Assembly: GCA_001179505.1 (NCBI GenBank)
Contig: CDMY01000688.1
Location: 231,376 to 295,375, forward strand
DNA from: Vitrella brassicaformis CCMP3155
Lineage: Eukaryota > Protista > Chromerida
DNA length: 64,000 bases
Direction: 5' to 3'
Shown: one piece after another, positions 48,501-60,604 of the stretch
How the letters are laid out: every line of letters starts with the position of its first letter
Position numbering within the stretch: the stretch's first letter is position 1
Notes under the pieces: model-generated
Told to the model about the DNA's origin: nothing
The model's database searches: none
Seen by the model: only the letters and a program-made list of their open reading frames with translations
Program-made: the position numbers and the translations under genes

Positions 48501-49252
48501 TTCGATGTGTCGAATGAAGCCTGCAGTCGTCTGCTGGGTGCATTCATTATGCCTTTTCTTTGCTACACAGAGGTGCGAGAACAAAGAAGCGTCTCTCTCC
48601 TATCGGGCATGACGTGTTCTATGTCTCCATCTGTCTCAGCATCTGAAAGCTCGTGATGACGGCGAGACATGCCTGCACAATTCAGCATGTCAGCTATGGT
48701 GCCACACAGAAGGGAAAGAGCTGGAGTGCCACGGCAACGGTGAGCAGAACCGTCGATCGGCACGAGACATATGGTTGACGTCTTGCCATTTCTTGCTGTC
48801 AGAGGAAAAGCTGCAGGACGAGATATTGCCCTTCAGCAAAGATGCGAGTAAGCTCTCCCACACACCATGGCCCTATGGATGCACATTGGTGGGCGTCTGA
48901 TGCAGGGGACCTGCAAGCCGAGATGGAGAGGTGCCTCGATGTATATGACGATACTGCCGATGAGGAAGTAAAACAAGGCATCCTCCTCAACGACAACTAC
49001 GCTGAGGCGAAGGATGTTTGCGGCATAGTCGCCGACCCAGGGACAATCACGCCGGACTCTGACTACGAACAGGCGCTTTCCAGGGCCATGATGGCGGCCT
49101 CCGAAGCTGGCGAGTATCAACCTTCGCCTGCCTCTCTGCAGTGTGAGGCACAGATCGCCGCAGAAGCCGGGGCAGTTACCGCAGGACGGGATCTTGCTGC
49201 CCTTCATCTTGGTATTGCTGTGCTTTTCCTTTCGGTGTTTGTGGTGGCGTGA
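45595..49252 (+). pseudogene. Cys-rich GPI-anchored surface protein A, apparently disrupted
   Basis: Signal peptide MMARLDLCFFSLVSLVALS, repeated C-x-W..C modules, C-terminal GPI-like signal AGAVTAG...LGIAVLFLSVFVVA*. Frameshift at GGG 46440-46442, and in-frame TAG 48165-48167 where paralogue B encodes Met. Confidence 0.7.
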
Positions 49253-49487
49253 GGATTTCTTGTGCCGTGAGACTTGTTGTGGATATGCAGTGTGTCATTT
49301 GTCAGTGAGGCTCGGCGCCGAGCCTCACTGACACCATTTAGCGTGAGACACGAACAGCTTCAACTATGGTTTCAAATTGTCGCCGTGATGTCTCGAGCCA
49401 AGCGACAGATGCAAGATCTGGACGAACGCGGATTAGATCGCAATCTGAAAAATCCGTAATCACCACCACCCCAAAAATCCGTTTGCG

Positions 49488-52400
49488 ATGATGGCGCGCG
49501 TCGTGCTCTTCGGCCTCCTTGCCCTCGCGGCCTTCACCACCGTGCGGCCAGACCCCCTCGAACAAGCCATCATCCGTACGCTGCAGAGCAGCGTGTACAG
49601 TCCATCGTCCGATGTTTCTGACCCACTTGCAATCATCCGCAATGTGAGTGCAGTCCTGGTTTAATTGGGCACACTCTACACATTGAATTGCATTTCTTTC
49701 GATGCAGGCAACCAAAGCGGTTCGGGAGGTAGTCAAGAGCAAAATCACTGGCCTGCACCGACGCCGCCTTCACGGCCGTCGGCTATCGGCTTCACGAAGG
49801 GTCCTGATGCCCGACGCAGCCAGGGATGCCCTCGCCCGCATGCGCAATGGGACCCACTTGAAAGAGCTCCTTGACTCCGTGAAGGGAGCGCTGAAGCGGT
49901 CGCCAAATGGCAGACGTCAGCGCCGAAGAATGCAGATGGGACCTCATGGTCCTAATCCGCTGTTCGCCATCCACAACGACACACAGGATGTCAAGGATAT
50001 CATCAAAAGCAGACTGGGGGGGGTGGTGCGGAGATTGCACTCTGACTACCTGCTGGACAGTCTGGACGGCATGAATCTCACGGACGCCGTCAAGGAACAG
50101 ATCAGGAGCACAGTGCCTTTCACAAGGAGGCGGCTGCAGAGCGGCAACGCAACCACCACTGCCCCCACGACCACACCTGCCCCAGCCAGTCCATGCCAAA
50201 GTCCCTGCAAAGCCAACTCTCTCGACGAGTGTGTGCCTGACATGTCCGCCTGGAAGACCGAGATCGAAGCCATCACCGACCCCAGCCTCAGGCGGCTGCT
50301 TAACGACACTGCGTACTGCCGCGAGGGCACATACTCGTGGGGATCCTGTGCCGACAGCACCAAGTGCGAGTTCAACGAGGACGACAAAGGTGTGTCAGAG
50401 TGTAGAGGGTAGAATTCACTCATCATTAACACACGACGTATGAATGGTCTATCTTTGCCGTTTCTGCAGTTTGTGACTGGAATGGGAACCTCTTGACGCC
50501 TCTCCGTCACATGCAGTGCTGCCATTAATTCATGGACCGATCGTGCGGAACTGCAGGAGTGTGTGTGTGTGTGGACGATCGAAGCCAATGCATGTCATTC
50601 ATTTAAGGTCAATGAAACTCATCCAACACTCAATCTGTACACACCACGACGACCCGGTGCGCCGTGGAACTCACCAACACGTGACCACACATCTGAAGAG
50701 CGGGCCACCGTGTTTCACAGACACAAACCAGTGGCCGCATGTCAATCAACCAAGTCTGACTCGTCTCTCGTCTCGTCCATCCATCCACACACAGTGCATA
50801 ACAAGCATCTCCCGGGCGGTGAATTTGCTAGCAAAGAAAAGCACCAGTGTGGATACGTCCAGTACGCATACCAACCCGCTACACATGGTCCACAGCTCAA
50901 TCGAACCCGTCCTCGTCAGCGTCGTCATCAGTAGAATCCCTCCGAATGCAGCTCAGCCCGACATCCACGCACCTGTCGGGTGGGGGGGCTGGTGTCCCGG
51001 GCCGCCTGTGCCGCCACACTAAAGCCTCCCCACGTGGCCCTCTTTCAGTCCGCTCAAAGGTCCGGCTCTTGGGGATGTCGTCCAGGCGATCATTCCCCTT
51101 CAGGCCAAGATCGCCCAGCCCCTCTCTCTCAGCCAGATGCACCAGCACCCGCAGCGTAAAGCCGCACCCTTTCTGGCCGGCCCCGGCCGTGTGGAAGCAC
51201 AGCTCGATGACGTCGACCACCCACTGCACGACTCCAGCCTTGAGAGCCCTCATGGCGCCCGGGTTGAGCACCTGGTCACCCCTTGCAGACAAGGGAATGA
51301 CCGCCTTGATCTCCCGCGCATTGGTCGAGCGGCAGTGAGGTGGGCGAGTGGAGTTGGCCGCCACCCACTTGCCCATCTCACCGTCCCGCTCACGAATCCT
51401 CTTTTTAAGTGTGAAAAGCTCCCATCCGCCGAATGCGAAACCGACCCGAGTAAGTCAGCGTGAAGATGTGGGCATTCTCAATGGATGGAGTGCTGGTTGT
51501 CTCCGCAGGCTGTGAGTGGTCAGGCGATACTTGCCGAGCCAAGCGGCAAATCGCTGACGAACTTGAAGAAAAGCTTGACGATGCCCGGGATCTGTCGATG
51601 TGCGGCCCATTTGTACGCTGCCAGAGCATCGGCTGGTCCCTCGAAGCCACGTGTGTGGCCGACAAGGCGTGCGTCTGGTACACACAGACCGACTGGAATG
51701 GGTGGGGACCCTGTGGCACCAATGAAGTACTGGTGGTGGCCCATCCTGACCTCGTCACACTCGACACCGACAAGTGCAAGGCAAAATTAGGTGACACCGA
51801 CATGTGTGTGCACACGACTGTGCAGCTCTCCATTTGCTGTAGGACTTTACGTCACCCCTGGGGAGTGCGACCGGATCGTATGCATATGCGGGGGATCGAG
51901 ATCGACTAATGTGTCTCCCTCCTTCTCTCTGTCTGTCTGTGGCTGCAGCACGGAAAAGCGGGAGACAACGGAGAGACATGCTATCAGAACGGCGCATGCT
52001 CGCTCGTCTGCGAGGAGTGGGGTGGCTCGAAGCCGAAATGCCAGGCAAACAGTAAGCTGGTCTCTATGTTTGCCTTTCTACACTGCAACACAACTCCTTC
52101 CCTTCTGCTGCTGCGGACTGCGTCAGGCACACGTCTCGTTCACGGGCTCGGGGGCGCTGAATTCTCCGCCGGAGGTAGGTGGAGAAACAGCCACAAGGAC
52201 AGAGACAGACGAGAGACACTCCTTCCTCGGCGTGTGATGATGATGGTCAGCTGCGCTTGTCGAGGAGATGGACCAGTGCTTCGACAGAGACGACCAGGAG
52301 CACGACTACGAAGAGGAGGTGACAGCCGAGGGTTGGTCCGAGCACGGCTCTGCGATCCGCGACAAGTGCCCCAACATCATCGACCCGACCACACTCACTG

Positions 52401-54416
52401 TCGACACTACCGTCGATCCCGTCGCAGTGGCAATTGCATTCGCACAGACGGCCGCAGCTTTCCAGCCGCCCAGCAAGTGCGACCCCAACAATGGCTGCAA
52501 AGTCACACAGACCGGCGCGTGTGTGCCCGACTCGGCCCACTTCGCGGCACAGGTGGAGGCCCTGAGCGATTCAAACGCCAAGGCTTTCTTCATGAAGAGT
52601 CTGGAGTGCAACAACATCGCGAATGAAGCCGACTGTGCGGGGGACTGCGAGTGGGACAGCGACGAGGAGTCCTGCAATCCCACATTGATAACCGCACTGA
52701 ACCTGGTAATAAGTGGGAGAGACAGACACTCATCAACCACTTGTCTGTATGCATGTTTTTCCCGCCAGCTGTACGGTGTGAGCAGCTGTGGCCCTGGGCT
52801 GGACTGCGAGCTGGCCGACACCAATGAGACGTGCAAGGCCAACAGTGCGTGTTGGTGGGACGACAGCGACCAGGTGAGGAGTGGAGAAATCAGAACGGCA
52901 AAAGAAGGCACACTGCAAACCAACACACCAACCACACCTGGTCCCAGGAGTGCCACCTGAGATGGAGCTTCATTCGCGACTCGGTCATCGGCACTGACGC
53001 AATCTGCGAGGTATGTTCGTTGAAGACGCAGAACAAACAAAAACCCATGGACAGATTGAGGACCATCTCTGCTGTGTGTGTATAGAAATACGCTCCTCTC
53101 TACGAGTGCGGCGAGCTGACACCCCAAGAGTGCAAGACGACTCCCTGTAAGTCGTGTCTCTTCACCATGCAGCCACGGAATTTTGATGCATGAATGGCCA
53201 CACATGAGTGCTTACGTACGCAGACTGTCTTTACGAAGAGTACACTTGGGGCGACTGGAACTGTCGTGCGATGGAGAACGTCACCAAGGCGCTCCAGAAA
53301 GAGTTTGACAAGGAGAAGCCCGAGGATCTCCGATTGTGTGGACCGATTGTGAGATGCCCCTCAATGGGCAACGAAAAGGTTACACAGCCAGAAACCGTGT
53401 GTGTCATGGTGCCTCTGCATTGAGTGACTGGACGTTTTATGTATGTATGTATCTACGTATGTATGTATGTATGGTGTGCAGAGTCTGTGCAATCGGGACA
53501 AGGGGTGCTTCCACCTCAGCGAATGGTGCGGCGCCTGCACCACATCGCCACTGGTACCACACACACGAACACATGATGGGCCGCATCCCCGGTCCGTTCG
53601 TTCAGGCACTGCTGGGTCTCCCAAGCGTGTTTGACCTGTCCAACCCCGGCTGCAAGCGCCTCGTGGGCTCCATGATGGTCCCGGGACAATGCGGCATCGA
53701 CGTAAATGACCACTCCTCACTGTCTCTCTGTGAACATCGTGTTTGTATGTCTATTAATGCAGCATTATTTGGCAAATGATGACGGCGAGACATGTCTGAG
53801 CAACCCTGCCTGTACACTGTGGTGCAGCGGATACAGCAACGAGACAGAGTGCCGATCTAACGGTAGACTGTGAGACACATGGATGGATGGATGGATGGAT
53901 GCGTTGATGCCGGTCGTGCTGCATGTCTGCTGGTTGCAGACACGGTCATCTCAGAGAAGGCCCTCGGGCTATCGCAGGCAGCCAGTAAGTACAAACACAC
54001 CGGCACCGATCGACAACAGAGCAACATTCGTGTGCCTGCGCGTCCATGTGTGCAGATGAGCTTGAGAGACAGATGTCCACCTGCCGCGAGGCCTATGACG
54101 AGGACTACTCGCAATGGGGAATGACCGACGCAAAAATGATGGCCGTCAACGGGGCCAACGCCACCGAGCTGGACCGCGCCACGGCCCACTGCGGCACACT
54201 TGCCAGCCCCAACACCATCACGCCGTCGTCTTATGATCAGGTGCTGGCGGCCACGACAAGTGCCGCACAGCAGGCGGGGACGTACCAGCCGACGCCGGAG
54301 TCGCTGCAGTGTGAGGGGCAGCTGGTTGACGGGGCGCGCATGTGGCCGGGCCGCTGCTGGATGGCCATGGTGTCCTTCTCGCGGCATTCGTGACAATGGC
54401 CTTCCTCTTCTTCTAG
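49488..54416 (+). CDS. Cys-rich surface protein B, tandem paralogue of A; GPI signal lies in a shifted frame (possible pseudogene)
   Basis: Signal peptide MMARVVLFGLLALAAFTTV, RRL-rich propeptide, Cys modules colinear with A. Apparent frameshift ~50500. GAHVAGPLLDGHGVLLAAFVTMAFLFF* (TAG 54414-54416) is reached only by adding one G at GGGG 54331-54334. Confidence 0.65.
50897..51376 (-). other. Antisense coding-like fragment nested in gene B
   Basis: GC3-rich ORF AMRALKAGVVQWVVDVIELCF...FTLRVLVHLAEREGL; no counterpart in paralogue A. Confidence 0.4.
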
Positions 54417-54696
54417 ACAGACGACCACTGACCTGTGTGTGTGTGTGTGTGTGTGTGTCCATGGAGGGCGTTGGCCGAAGCGGTTGTGTTGTCGAATTTG
54501 AGGCAAAGCCCTCTCTCTCGTGTGTTGTTGTGTCTCTGCTCTGTGCGTCGATTCAATTCACCCACCTGTCGATCTCGACTCACAGGTGCACATAAATGCT
54601 TACACACGCTAGCTTAATTGACGCATCACGGACAGACACGCAGGCAATATTCACACGCAACCTACCTAACCAGCCGCCCCCCCTCGCTCGGTTAGG

Positions 54697-55511
54697 TTAT
54701 CCCCCCTCCCCTTTGGTCTCGGCGGCAGCTGCCTTCTCGACACGCCCGTTGATGGTTCCATGCGCCCTTGACGTCACCGCCGCTTTGTCAACCTTCTCTT
54801 CCAACTGACACACACACACACACTCTCTTATTGTCTGCTCGTTTCCCACCTCGAGGGCTCGTGAGTACCTGAATTGCCCCGCCCCTCTCGGCCTTCAGGT
54901 GCTGCCGGTTGTGCGCTGCCTTGGTGTCCAGTGCGGTCTCATAGACAATTAGGACAGCCAGCGCCGCCAGTGCGAGGGCCGCAGATGCGAAACCGATGCT
55001 GCTAAAGCCGTGCTGCTTAAGCAGGAAGCCCCCAAGGGTCGGGGCGATCAAGCCACAAGCGGATCGTGTCGCATGGCCGAGGCCGATGACGCTGCCCTGC
55101 CGTTCTGACGGGACGATCTCGGTGAGCAGGGCCGTACTGACGGTGTAGATGGTGCTGGTGGCGAAGCCCAGCGGCAGAATGAGCACAAACAGACTGGCGA
55201 GGCTCCACACGTAGGCGTAGCCCACCATACAGGCCACCAGGGTGCAGGTGGCGTACAGCAGCATCGACTTCTCGGACGTCAGCGCCACTGCCCAACCCTG
55301 CACAGCACACCACAGCACAGCACACACCATATAAGATAGATACGTGTGTGCACATTGCGGACACATCCAGGCCGGGCGGGCAGGCCTCTGTGTGTGTTTA
55401 TGCTGTGCTGACCACAGTGAATGAGTTATGCAGTGTGCCGAGGGCGGCGCTGTATGTCAGCACATAGCCCAGCTCACTCGGACGCAGCTGCAGCCTACAC
55501 ACCACACACAA

Positions 55512-55543
<32 letters not shown>

Positions 55544-56832
55544 ACACACACACGGAGAGAGAGAGAGGGAGACGTTGACAGATAGACCACGCGAGTGTGT
55601 GCTTTCATTTGATTCATCAATGGGTACTTACTTGTCGGCAAGCGCCATAGAGAGAGTGCTGTGGAAGACGGCGAAGCCCATGCCGACGACCAGCTTGAAC
55701 AGCAGGAGGGCGCTGACAGACGGGATGCCCACCAGGTGGGAGAATGCGGCCCACACACCTTCAGAGGCGCCGCCCTTTTTGTCCTCCTGCTCCTTGCTGC
55801 CCACATCCACGTCGCTGCCCGCCTTCTTGTGTGGCTGTCTGTGTGTGCCGGACGGCAGACACGCACCGTCAAGCACACCGAGGGCGAGCGTGATCACACC
55901 TGTCAGCAGTAACGAAACACAGACGTCTGTCTGTATGTGTGTGTGTGTGTGTGGATGAATCCACATATCTGTCTGTCTGTCTGTCTGTGTGTGAGTGCCT
56001 GATGTGAGAGCCACAGGTCCGTAGCCGATGCGCTGCGCGAGCAGCCCACCGGTTGACGAGCCGAGCACCATCCCGACACCATAAGACAAAGAGAGCCTGC
56101 CTATCGCCGCTGTGCGGTCAGCTGTGGTCGTGTAACTGGCCATGAAGGCCTGACACGGAGGGACATATAGATAGAGGACAATGCATTCAATGAGCAGACA
56201 GACATGCCGCCCGCCCGGCTCTCGCGTCGTTCGTTTCGCCGGCCCCTCACCTCACCTGTGCGACCTGCATGCAGTGCATGAGGGCCGTCGGTATCCTGGA
56301 CACGAACAGCATCAAGGGCGTCCGCGACAGCCTGCCCACCGGTGGGCACACACAACACACACACGCGCGCGAACACACACATGGCATGGTGTTCCGTGAG
56401 GTCACAGTCTGCTGATTGTGTCTGCTTGTTATGTTACCCAAGGATGACATATGAGAGGCCGCTGGCCATCTGCGTGACCACCATGGCGAATCGCGGAGAG
56501 GCCGCGTCAGACATGCGCCCCACCCATGGGCCGCCGATGAGCTGCATCAAGGAAAAGACCGTCTGGAAGCCACCTGCGCACACAACAAACAACCACAAAC
56601 AGCGTCACGGATGGGCGGATAACGTCGTGCATTGCCAAGCACACACACCGAATGCGACAGCGTCTGCGCCGAGTTCCTTCATGAGGAATGGCAAGACTGG
56701 CTGACACAGCCAGTAGCAGAAGGCATAGAGGACAATGTTGAGGTGCACGAGCAGCAGCACGGGCAGCGCTGAAGGCTCAGGAGCGAACGCGAAGCGGCAC
56801 AGGGCGCTGTGCAGCGTGTGAAGCGCCTTCAT
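54697..56832 (-). CDS. MFS transporter, DHA1/TetA-like (MFSD9/SLC22A18 type)
   Basis: QPVLPFLMKELGA, LMQLIGGPWVGRMSD (motif A), AIGRLSLSYGVGMVLGSSTGG, VPSERQGSVIGLGHATRSACGLIAPTLGG. Confidence 0.9.
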
Positions 56833-56869
56833 CTTGATTCTGGCTCGTGAATGATCGATGTGATGGAAA

Positions 56870-56921
56870 TGCGAGCGGTTGTGAACTCATATAGGGGATG
56901 ATCTGCACCCTTAAGCTCGCA
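56870..56921. promoter_or_regulatory. TGCGAGCG (+) and TGCGAGCTT (-) in the MFS/Mis12-like spacer
   Basis: Copies at 56870-56877 and 56913-56921 (AAGCTCGCA). Confidence 0.5.
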
Positions 56922-57053
56922 TCAGTTGGACACGCGGAAAATTGCCCGTACTCGTCATCCCTTGACGCCGCTATGAGCTGATTCCGCCTCGGCAGGCCAG
57001 ATCTATCGGCTCTTCGGCTGCGCGTCGGTGTGCACCCGGCCCGGAAGCGCATC

Positions 57054-57908
57054 ATGGCTGACAACGAGGAGATGGCGACGGAGGAATCCGCCCCTGCTGC
57101 TGCTGCTGTGGCTCCCTCGCTGCCCCTGTGTGAGCTGGAGGCCGCCCTGGGTGTCGATGTGCAGGGCATGACCAAGCAGGCCTGCGATAGACTCAAAATG
57201 CGACGTAAGTGAAGTGAAGTGGGCGGGAATGGCATGGCGCAGATCTGAATGAGGTGAAGATGGTCTGTGGTGGATGGGGTGATTCCGGTGTGTGTGTGTG
57301 CAGTGGGAGTGGTGATGGATGAGTTTGACCGGCACATTGGCAAGTATGTCAAGAGTATGCCGCCTGAGGAGCTCAAGAAGGTACGTACACACATTGGTGG
57401 CATCGATGGGATGGATGGATGGATTTTGTGATTGGCGCATGCAGCGTTGTGCGGCCATCCGGGCGTTCCTCCAGGACCACCTTGACGCCTCCCTCACCCT
57501 GTTCAAGGTATGTATGTGCACTGGACTGGAGTCCATCGCTCCCATCGATCCACTTGTGTGTGGATGTGTGTGTGAGTGCTGGCTGCAGAAGCATCTGTTT
57601 GAGCACATCCTGCAGTACCCCCTGCACCTCCCAGCAGCCATGCAGAAGCACGACGCACGGCCCGGCGTCCACGGTGACCATGACCCGCCTCCCACACTCG
57701 TGTATCGCCCGGGCATCGCCGACGAAGGACACCACCACCACCACCACCAGCAGCTGCAGGAGGGGAACGGCAACGGGAATGGTGAGAATGGGAGCGGGAG
57801 TCGCTCGGGGCGGACGTCTGGTAGTCAGAGTGTGGGCGCACGGCTCATCGTGGCCTTAGACAAGGTACGCAGGGGGCGGTGGGTGGTGGTCGATGCGTGG
57901 ATTAGTCG

Positions 57909-57939
<31 letters not shown>

Positions 57940-59092
57940 CGTGCGTGCGTGTGGACAGGAGGTGGTGGCTATGGTTGAGAGGGATGGGTTTGACGAGGTC
58001 ACCAAGACCGTCAAAAAACAAGTCAAACAGGAAATGGACACACACAACAAGGTAGGGTACCCACCACAACCACACACACCCGCACACACATGGAGGTCAC
58101 CTCATAGGACCACCACACTTGCTTCCGACCCCCCGCCCTGTGTCTGTCAGCTGTCGAGTGAGTTGCGTCGAAAGGAGTGTGCCTTGGCGGCTTACAAGGC
58201 CACCGATAGCAGCCGCAAGGACATGCTGGAGCAGCTCAATAGCATCACAGAGTACCTGCAGACACGTAAGCACCGAATGATAGATGTGATTGGGGATGGA
58301 TGGATGGATGGATGCCGGCACCCTTAAGCATATGTCATCCCTGTGTGTGTGCCAGATGATATGGGAGATGGTGGTGGTGATGGTGATGGTGGTGGTGGTG
58401 GTGAGGGCGCCATGCCCATGGCCCTGCTGCAGCAGCTGCAAAAGGCCACAGAGAAAATAGTACCCACACACCACCTAAACATCTGGGGCTCCGACGCATA
58501 CACACGTACTGCACTCAAAATTCCCTTCTCTGTTAGGGTGAGGAGTTGCGTCTGATCCGTGCGGGCCAGGCGGACCAGGAGCTGTTCAACCAGCAGCTCG
58601 ACGCCACACAGGCCGCACTCGTACAAAACATACATAAGAACACACACACACACATGCACACGAGATGCGTGTGTGTGTGTCTGTCTGTCTGTGTGTCTGC
58701 CGTGCAGGGCAGCGAGTCGAATGTGCTGCGATCGCTGGTGCAGCAGCTCCAACTGGACCTAGACACAGACACCGAGGGTGAGCGAGATGACATGCATGTG
58801 GCAGAGGGGGAGGGGATGGGCGGGTCGGACACACCACCGCCAGCAGTACCAGCCGCTGCTGCAGCAGCAGCAGCAGCGGCTGGCGAGGAGCGTGTGTCGC
58901 CCAACAAGTACGGCAAGCGCCTGACGGAGCCCCCCGACCAGAACCAGCAGCAGGGCGGGCAAGGTAGGTACTGTATTGCATTCACGGCCATGCCATGGGC
59001 TGCATATGCATGTGTGTGTGTGCTGTTGGTCAGATGAGTGCGGGGAAGGTGATCCCAAGTCGGCGCGCAAGACCGTCCCCGCTATGCAGTAG
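57054..59092 (+). CDS. MIS12: Mis12-like kinetochore protein
   Basis: MPPEELKKRCAAIRAFLQDHLDASLTLFKKHLFEHILQYP parallels human MIS12 [40 protein letters not shown] (recalled from memory). Followed by coiled coil; about 10 phase-compatible exons. Confidence 0.55.
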
Positions 59093-59575
59093 ACAGACAG
59101 ATAGACAGATAGACTGACGGGGTGGGGTGGGGTGGGTGCGTCGAGAGTGACTGACTGACTGACTTGATGAATGGAATGGATGGGACTCTGTGCTGTGGGA
59201 CGCACGGACATGTAATGATGATTCAACCAGCGAATGTCTGTCACACAATACCCATGTCTGTCTGTCTGTCTGTCTGTCGGATAGAAAGACTTTGTCCGTA
59301 GACTCGTCCATCGATGATCGATCGGTCAAGGAAAGGACCCCTCCCCTCCATCCCTCTCCCTTTCTCCCTTTCACAAGCCATACGACACGGACGGAACACA
59401 ACTAGTCTCGGTCGCACCACATGACATGTGTCCCTCCCCACTGTGTGGGTCGATGCACGAGCAAATCATGGCACGGCGGCATGCATGGCACGGCACACAG
59501 ACAATATGGAATGGGCACCCGAAAGATGCGCATCCAGGCACACCAGACAGAAAGGAACAAGCCATTCTTCATTCG

Positions 59576-60452
59576 TCATTCACTCGGATTTTCCCCCTTC
59601 TCCTCGCACACTCCCTTCTCCGTGCTCTCCTCAGTATCCTTACTGTGCTCAGTGCGTTCAGCAGCGGCCTGTGGCAAGAAGTCCTCCAAGTCCACCAGCT
59701 TGGGCTTCACGAGGATGTCCGTCTCCCGCGCCTCCTCCTCAGTCACCTGCCCTCTCTGCAGCCTGTCCCAGAAGTCTTTCTGGCTGGCCGGCACTGGAGG
59801 CGTCAGCACCTTGACAGGGTCGTCTTTGCTGGCGCCGACCGACGCCAGTGCCACATCCACCAATGCCGTCAGATCCACCTCAGTATTTTCGTAGGTGAGG
59901 TCAGTCACGTCATAGCCCTCCCTCGCGAGGCCGGTCTGCCGGTTGATCTCCGCCAGGTAATCCTGGGCGGTCATGTCGGGGCGATAAGGCACCTGGGCGT
60001 ACTGACATTTCCACGGCTGACGACACTCGACGACACACAGAAGACAAGACAAGACGCCGTGTAAGTCTAGCTCTATCATGCAAGACGACAGCGGGCGATT
60101 GGCTGACCTTATCGCTGCGGCAGGCTGAGACGTACTTGGACGGCTGTGCGGGTGTTTTGTCGCCGCCCTGCTCGACCGTATCCAGATCCGTGCGCTGCTT
60201 CTTGGCCGGCGGGCCGTCGTGTGCTGCACTCGAGGAGGGATCAACAGGGCTGGTGGCATCGCCACTGGCAGCGGCCATGTAGATGGTGCCTCGACAGCGA
60301 CGCGCAGTCTTCGACGACACCTGACGGACGGGAGATGATAGGACGGGCAGACGGCGGCTGCCGGGGAGGAACGCCGTCACTTGCACAGGCAGGCACACGT
60401 GCAGCGAGAGAACCAACACCGCTGCAGCTGAGACAGAGTGAGCCAGCGCCAT
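59576..60452 (-). CDS. Predicted plastid-targeted protein with a possible beta-grasp/ubiquitin-like fold
   Basis: Hydrophobic leader ending VTA|FLPGSRR, then a S/R-rich transit-like stretch. Second exon VPYRPDMTAQDYLAEINRQTGL...LTYENTEVD. Confidence 0.6.
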
Positions 60453-60558
60453 CGAGAAATGAATGAATCTTTCGTCCTCTCTTCGTGTTGCGACAGAACA
60501 GTTCATTTCCCTCACCTGTTAGCGAACGAACGGAACTTGCTGTCGGCGACCGATCATG

Positions 60559-60582
60559 TGCGAGCTGAAAGCAAAAGCTCGC
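60559..60582. promoter_or_regulatory. TGCGAGCT (+) and GCGAGCTT (-) in the 152-bp plastid-protein/HIBCH spacer
   Basis: Copies at 60559-60566 and 60575-60582, inverted relative to each other. Confidence 0.5.
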
Positions 60583-60604
60583 CGAGATCTGACGGGCCTC
60601 CCAA

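Noticed and set aside
50525-51408. TTAA at both ends of the gene B insert suggesting piggyBac
   Set aside because: No terminal inverted repeats. Excision between the TTAA sites leaves a stop, and homology to gene A continues past the first TTAA.
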